From: Candidatus Marsarchaeota archaeon
GTDB taxonomy: Archaea; Micrarchaeota; Micrarchaeia; Micrarchaeales; Micrarchaeaceae
Assembly (NCBI GenBank): GCA_023485745.1
Contig: JAMCZL010000019.1
Span: 1-29,602, forward strand
DNA length: 29,602 bases
Direction of reading: 5' to 3'
In this document: positions 24,968 through 29,602 of the stretch, piece by piece
Position numbering within the stretch: position 1 is the first letter of the stretch
Layout of the letters: each line of letters begins with the position of its first letter
Position numbers and translations under genes: made by a program
Notes under the pieces: model-generated
What the model was told of the DNA's origin: nothing
Database searches by the model: none
Seen by the model: only the letters and a program-made list of their open reading frames with translations

Positions 24968-25336
24968 CTATTTCAGGCCTTTGACAAAATCAGCGACGTC
25001 ATCAATGAGTTCATGCTCTTTGCGGATGCTCGCCTTTACTGCAGCGGCATCGCGATTTCCTTCGCGAAGCTCTGCATCATACTTCTCTAGCATCTTTTCT
25101 GAAGCCTCCTTTATCCTGGCAGCCACCTCGAGTTTTATGCTGTTTTCCATATTGCGGTTACTGACCGAAGACAGCACTATCCTGCGGTTGTCTATCTTTT
25201 CGGAGCCAGCCATTTCCAAGAGCCTGTCTGCCAGCTCCTTTCTCTGCATAGCCTTTGCTTCTGCGCTTGCCTCTGCTTGAGCAGGAGCGCTTTCTGCTGC
25301 GTCCTTCGCCTTTTTCTTTGAAAATCCAAATCCCAT
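24968..25336 (-). CDS. Hypothetical helical protein, 122 aa
   Basis: Charged, Ala-rich helical composition; N-terminus MGFGFSKKK; GGGTG SD-like site upstream. Confidence 0.7.
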   Translation of the reverse strand: MGFGFSKKKAKDAAESAPAQAEASAEAKAMQRKELADRLLEMAGSEKIDNRRIVLSSVSNRNMENSIKLEVAARIKEASEKMLEKYDAELREGNRDAAAVKASIRKEHELIDDVADFVKGLK

Positions 25337-25361
25337 GCCTTACACCCACTTTGCATAATCG

Positions 25362-26066
25362 CTATACGTCATAGTGCCTGTAGCTCCTTTCAGGGTCCTC
25401 GAATTCAACCTCAACGGTTTCCTTTTTCGGCCTGTACTCATCGTCGTCGTCCTCCCTTCCCCTCAGGTACCTTTTTATCTTTTTGAAATCTACTTTATAT
25501 GGATTTTCCTTGAGGTACATTGCAGCCCTGTCAACAGCCTTCTGCTCTATGGCGTTCAGCTCCCTGTCCCTTCTCGCCAGTTCTGCCGCTTCGCCAACCT
25601 TTGACAGTTCAGCAGCCACAAGCAGCAGAGCAGAAGAATTCAGTATGTCAAACTGCCTGGAATAATATTCAAGCAGGCGCAGACCCTTTTCATCGTATGT
25701 CAGATGGTAATTCCTTCCAAGCGGAAGGCTTTCTACAAAGGCAACGAACCGCAGGTCCAGGTCCTTCATCTTCTTCGTAAGCCTTTCAGAAAAGTACTCG
25801 GATATGTCAACAAAGGCTGCATTCCAAATGCGCGACCAAGTCCCCTCTCCGGCTCCTACAAGGGCAGTTACCGCATTGAATGTTACGCTGGCCAGCCCAG
25901 AATCCCTGCTATCGTCATTTACCAGCTTTTCTAGCGATTCAAAAACAGCGGACTTTTTCCAAAGATAATCCTTATAAATGTCGCTAATGGCGTTAAGCGC
26001 AGACAGCCTTGCGTCCTTCTCCATCGGCCCATTATCCTTCCTACGGGCCACATCCCTTCCGCCCAT
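25362..26066 (-). CDS. Hypothetical protein, 234 aa, with an acidic C-terminus
   Basis: Fills the gap, protein-like composition, co-oriented with the 122-aa gene (25-nt gap). No family recognised. Confidence 0.7.
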   Translation of the reverse strand: MGGRDVARRKDNGPMEKDARLSALNAISDIYKDYLWKKSAVFESLEKLVNDDSRDSGLASVTFNAVTALVGAGEGTWSRIWNAAFVDISEYFSERLTKKMKDLDLRFVAFVESLPLGRNYHLTYDEKGLRLLEYYSRQFDILNSSALLLVAAELSKVGEAAELARRDRELNAIEQKAVDRAAMYLKENPYKVDFKKIKRYLRGREDDDDEYRPKKETVEVEFEDPERSYRHYDV

Positions 26067-26156
26067 ACTAACTGATATTCATTGCCATAAAAGGCTATTT
26101 AAGTCTTGTCTATAAAATAAAATATTGTCGTTGTTTATTTCTCGCGTGATAGCCAT

Positions 26157-27713
26157 ATGCATTCAAACAGAAAAGCGCTCGTAGCACAGGGACAAGCCGT
26201 ATGCTGCAATCTTGCGACAGCCATATGTTATGTCGTCTTCGCCCTGTTCTTGCTTTACTTCGTGGTGCTGAACAACAGCTACTTTATCCTGTATTCGTTC
26301 GTTCTGTTCGTGGCTCTTGGGATAATGCTGTCCATATATGAGAAATTTACCGACCTCGCCATAGGGGTCGCCATGGCCATAATAGTGGGAAGCTCTGTGG
26401 CGTACTTAAGCACCGCCATAGACATAGCCGCATACAGCTTTGCCGCACTGGCATTTTATGCAGCATTCCTGCTTTTCACAGACGTGAGGAATCCCCGCAT
26501 TAACCTGACCATTGCGATAGCCGCGCTGCTGCCTGCGGGGCTTTACAGCGCAGGCATTGCCGGAGCAAGCCCTCTTGTGATAAATGTCGCAATACTGGGC
26601 TACTATCTTCTAATAAGCGTAGTGCTGGGAATTTTCCTGTCTGCAGTTTATTCCGAAAGCAGGCTCGAGAAGGCGGCGCGGCGGCTAAGTGCCCGGATAA
26701 AAAGGTCAAGCGCTGGCATAAGCATCTGCCTAATAATAATTGGCTTGGCCCTGCTTTTCGGGCCGGTCTGGCCGACAGGAACGCACTATAACCTTGCCGC
26801 TACCCCGCATGCCGCGATAGAACTGGATATTCCTTCAGGCACCTTCAATAGCACATACGTGCCGCTTAATCTCACTCCATACAGGTATCTGCTAAACGGG
26901 AATTTTAGCAACATGCGATTTTATGTCGGATCCAAGGGGATAAATGCCTCCGTTGTGGGGGTTCCTGTATCCGTGAAAAACGTAACCGTCCTGCTATATG
27001 CCAACTCATCGCTTCTGCGCGCAGGAGCCGGCAAGGTAGGCATATACTTTTTCCCGTATAACTCCAGCTTCGGCAAAGGCCTAGCTAAAAGCTACAACGT
27101 ATCGCTCCTAAACAGTTCCGCAGCATCCGAGCCTGTTGCGTACGAAAACATAACCGGGATGTACGACTTGGTGAATAAGACCATAAGGCAGTCGAAGCCC
27201 GTGCAGATGGCCAAGAACATTTCAAAGTCAGAAAAACTCTATCCATACTTTTCATTCTCGCAGGAATGCGTTCCGGGGTTCGGCGCGTCCGCTCACTTCA
27301 ACGTAACCTCAAATGCGACATTCAGCATGTTTCTCCTGAAAAATATATCTGACCTTTCAAAAGCCGAGCTTACAAATGCAAGCGGCCCGAGCTACGGCTA
27401 CTACATCAAAAGCTTCGGGCGCTACAGCTACCGCGGGTATGTAAATGCAACCAGGGTCAACAGCACCGTCCAAGACACGCCGCAATGCATATCCATCGTG
27501 CTCCTGCTGAAAAACGAGTCAGTAGTAAAAACCAGGATTTCAACGAGCTACTATGTGAACGAAACGGCAAACCTGACAATATCGGTGCCTTCCCTGTTCA
27601 ATAACGCAACCAGCTACAGGAGCGCGTTTTACGGGTTCCTGCCAAGCAGCTTGGAATACCTGTCGCGCATTTATTCCAACGAGACCGCGCAGGAAAACCG
27701 CAGCGCGGGATAG
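26157..27713 (+). CDS. Polytopic (~7 TM) membrane protein with a glycosylated, DUF2341-like extracellular domain
   Basis: About seven hydrophobic segments in the first ~205 aa, then a sequon-rich domain. NFSNMRFY...NVTVLL...VGIYFFP aligns by eye with NLGNIRFY...NATFWV...IGMYFMP of the 10721-12214 pilin. Confidence 0.7.
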   Translation: MHSNRKALVAQGQAVCCNLATAICYVVFALFLLYFVVLNNSYFILYSFVLFVALGIMLSIYEKFTDLAIGVAMAIIVGSSVAYLSTAIDIAAYSFAALAFYAAFLLFTDVRNPRINLTIAIAALLPAGLYSAGIAGASPLVINVAILGYYLLISVVLGIFLSAVYSESRLEKAARRLSARIKRSSAGISICLIIIGLALLFGPVWPTGTHYNLAATPHAAIELDIPSGTFNSTYVPLNLTPYRYLLNGNFSNMRFYVGSKGINASVVGVPVSVKNVTVLLYANSSLLRAGAGKVGIYFFPYNSSFGKGLAKSYNVSLLNSSAASEPVAYENITGMYDLVNKTIRQSKPVQMAKNISKSEKLYPYFSFSQECVPGFGASAHFNVTSNATFSMFLLKNISDLSKAELTNASGPSYGYYIKSFGRYSYRGYVNATRVNSTVQDTPQCISIVLLLKNESVVKTRISTSYYVNETANLTISVPSLFNNATSYRSAFYGFLPSSLEYLSRIYSNETAQENRSAG

Positions 27714-27716
27714 CGC

Positions 27717-28706
27717 TCAAAACGTGAGCATTACCCTGCCGTCCCTTTCCTCAGAATGCTCTGCTTTAAACGCCTCCCCTATCTTGTCAAGCGGAAATCT
27801 TTTCCATACCCTGACCTTAAGGTCTTTGGCCATCTTTACAAGCTCCACTATTTCCTTCTTCGACCCGCCAGTGGATCCGACAATGCTTATCTGCCTCGCA
27901 TAGAGGTTCTGTACGTTGAGTGCAACGTCCTGCCCTGTCAAGGCCCCGAACAATACGAGCCTGCCGTTAAGGTCCAGCAGCGACATTGACGTATCCCAGT
28001 CTTTTGAGCCTATCGAATGGACTACAACATTGGCCTTTTTGAAGTCCGGTTTTGGAGCCTCTGCTTTTAATGCCTCTACGTCAACGACGGCATCGGCGCC
28101 AAAGTCCCCGAGCCATTTCTTCTTAGAAATGGCAATCGCGTGCGCACCCAGGGCTTTGCCCAGCTGCACGGCAAACATGCCAGTATTCCCTGACGCGCCC
28201 ATTACATATACGGTTTCTCCGGGCGACAGGCGCGCCATTGCGAGGGCGTGATATGCAGTGAGGGCTGCAACAGGGATGCTCGCAGCAAGCTCCATGTTCA
28301 TGTCTTCCGGCACCTTTATCAGGTTGGCTTCCGGCACTGCGATGTACTCGCAAAATCCGCCGTCTGTCGCAAGTCCGAATATGCCCCCGTTTCTGCACAG
28401 CATTTCGTTGCCTGCCAAACACATGTCGCAGGTTCCGTCAAATTTCCTCGAATAAACTATTATGTGGTCTCCTTTCGAGAAACCCTTTACGCTGTCACCA
28501 ATCTCCTCGATTACCCCTGCCACCTCTGCTCCTGGTATGTGCTGCTTGCCGCCGAAATCGACCTTGTTTATAACCCTATCATCGATAGGGTTTATCGCAG
28601 CAGATGCGATCTTGACGAGCGCCTCTCCGCTTGCAGGCACGGGCCTGTCTATATCCAGGACCTTCAGATTTTCTATGCCGTTCTTATCAAAAACTGCTGC
28701 TTTCAT
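27717..28706 (-). CDS. MDR-superfamily (zinc-binding alcohol dehydrogenase-like) oxidoreductase
   Basis: AAINPID, HIPGAEVAG, structural site DGTCDMC...LC, MGASGNTG and GRLVLFG motifs. The usual catalytic-Zn Cys is absent. Confidence 0.9.
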   Translation of the reverse strand: MKAAVFDKNGIENLKVLDIDRPVPASGEALVKIASAAINPIDDRVINKVDFGGKQHIPGAEVAGVIEEIGDSVKGFSKGDHIIVYSRKFDGTCDMCLAGNEMLCRNGGIFGLATDGGFCEYIAVPEANLIKVPEDMNMELAASIPVAALTAYHALAMARLSPGETVYVMGASGNTGMFAVQLGKALGAHAIAISKKKWLGDFGADAVVDVEALKAEAPKPDFKKANVVVHSIGSKDWDTSMSLLDLNGRLVLFGALTGQDVALNVQNLYARQISIVGSTGGSKKEIVELVKMAKDLKVRVWKRFPLDKIGEAFKAEHSEERDGRVMLTF

Positions 28707-28740
28707 GCGAATCAACCCAAGGCGTTTCCGCTACGAATAT

Positions 28741-29286
28741 TTAACTGTAATCTGGGTGCTTTTCTTTGAACCCGGAGTCCATGTTTACCCTCCTCGCAGC
28801 AACAAAAAGAAGCGAGGAGAGCCTGTTAAGATAGGTTATTATGCCGGCATCAAGGCTGGTCACCGCGCCTAGTCTCACTACGGATCGTTCTGCGCGCCGC
28901 GCAACGGCCCTGCCAAGATCTAAAAATTCTGCGCCGTTTGCACCTCCAGGAAGGACAAATTCCCTGATTTCATCGAGCCCGCTGGAGAGCCTGGTTATAT
29001 AATTCTCAAGCGCCTTTGTGTCGTCTACCGACACTGCTCTTTTGGGTTTAAACATGGGATCGATTGTTGCTGCAATCTCCGCGCCGATTCCAAAGAGCCT
29101 GTTCTGGACAACCGACAATGCCTCTTTTACAGTGCCGTTCCCAACCTTTGACATGGCGACCCCTATGACCGAATTCAGTTCGTCTATGTCTCCCACGGCT
29201 TCGAATATGAGCTCCCCTTTTGACAGCTTCCTGCCGCCTATGGCGGTTTTACCGCTGTCGCCCACGCCTGTGTAAAACTTGGTCAC
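28741..29286 (-). CDS. pduO: PduO-type ATP:cob(I)alamin adenosyltransferase
   Basis: FYTGVGDSGKT, GDIDELNS.IG, QNRLF, FVLPGG, RAVARRAER and YLNRLSSLLF motifs. GTG start at 29286 chosen because the longer track ORF runs into tRNA-Val. Confidence 0.9.
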   Translation of the reverse strand: MTKFYTGVGDSGKTAIGGRKLSKGELIFEAVGDIDELNSVIGVAMSKVGNGTVKEALSVVQNRLFGIGAEIAATIDPMFKPKRAVSVDDTKALENYITRLSSGLDEIREFVLPGGANGAEFLDLGRAVARRAERSVVRLGAVTSLDAGIITYLNRLSSLLFVAARRVNMDSGFKEKHPDYS

Positions 29287-29347
29287 AATAAAAACCCCAA
29301 TATCAATATAAATATATTCCGCCAATTTAAATAACTTATCCAATCCC

Positions 29348-29419
29348 GGGCCTGTAGTCGAATGGTAAGACGCCTCCTTCACACGGAGGAGATCCGGAGT
29401 CCGATTCTCCGCAGGCCCA
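29348..29419 (+). tRNA. tRNA-Val(CAC), intronless, with atypical core bases
   Basis: GGGCCTG/CAGGCCC acceptor + A73, anticodon arm CCTCC-TTCACAC-GGAGG, T-stem CGGAG/CTCCG. The T-loop reads TCCGATT. Confidence 0.85.
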
Positions 29420-29456
29420 AACCTGTTTGCTGTCTAAAGTCGCGCGCCAAAAGCAG

Positions 29457-29600
29457 TCACTCGCGCTCTATTTTCAGGAATTTGTCTTCGCGCAGCATTC
29501 CCTCGAACATGCTTTTCCTAAGCTCGGCATAGCGGCTGTCCGCGGAATATTTCATTTTCTTCCTCAGTGCAGCCACGTCAAGCGTAACCATGTCGCTTGT
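29457..29600 (-). CDS. 3' end of a gene truncated by the window edge (…TSDMVTLDVAALRKKMKYSADSRYAELRKSMFEGMLREDKFLKIERE*)
   Basis: Open frame from the window edge to TGA at 29459-29457 with protein-like composition. Family not assignable. Confidence 0.55.
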   Translation of the reverse strand, partial: TSDMVTLDVAALRKKMKYSADSRYAELRKSMFEGMLREDKFLKIERE

Positions 29601-29602
29601 GT

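Noticed and set aside
24303-25280. 325-aa plus-strand ORF
   Set aside because: Overlaps the oxidase, tRNA-Gln and the 122-aa gene in antisense.
25313-25336. MGFGFSK matches the eukaryotic N-myristoylation consensus MGxxxS/T-K
   Set aside because: N-myristoyltransferase is not established in archaea, and MG-aromatic-basic N-termini are common by chance.
29287-29382. 32-aa N-terminal extension of PduO in the ORF track
   Set aside because: Overlaps tRNA-Val and its promoter; family homology starts at the GTG at 29286.
1-29602. CRISPR arrays, IS elements, integrases, reverse transcriptase/DGR, rRNA
   Set aside because: No regularly spaced repeats, transposase/integrase/RT motifs or rRNA-like sequence were seen by eye.

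Overview
Gene-dense archaeal chromosomal segment, most likely from a DPANN archaeon of the Micrarchaeota (ARMAN-like). This is an inference from two pilin-like proteins with the K-(G/S)|QSAVE(Y/F)LTxYG class III signal, a tRNA-Gln with an A1:U72 pair and a D-loop intron, GGTGA-type Shine-Dalgarno sites and TATA promoters. Contents, left to right: an AbiEi/AbiEii type IV toxin-antitoxin pair whose toxin carries an extra ~130-aa C-terminal domain; an enoyl-CoA hydratase; an overlapping four-gene cluster of GGGP synthase-like, dTMP-kinase-like, geranylgeranyl-reductase-like and Nudix genes, three with altered motifs; an orphan ORF; a divergent lipoate-ligase-family protein; an unannotated 44-aa ORF; a beta-CASP nuclease; intron-containing tRNA-Thr(GGT); two convergent type IV pilin-like adhesins; ksgA; an MBL hydrolase; a 2030-aa membrane-anchored surface protein followed by a membrane-tethered C-terminal J-domain protein; a three-gene RCK/2TM channel operon lacking the K+ filter; a sarcosine-oxidase-type flavoenzyme; tRNA-Gln(CTG); two orphan ORFs; a ~7-TM protein with a DUF2341-like ectodomain; an MDR dehydrogenase; pduO; an atypical tRNA-Val(CAC); and the 3' end of a gene cut by the window edge. 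No CRISPR array, transposase, integrase or rRNA was seen. Best candidates for new biology: the giant adhesin plus membrane J-domain pair, the filter-less heteromeric RCK channel, and the motif-altered prenyl/kinase/reductase/Nudix cluster. All family calls are by-eye motif recognition; no database searches were run.
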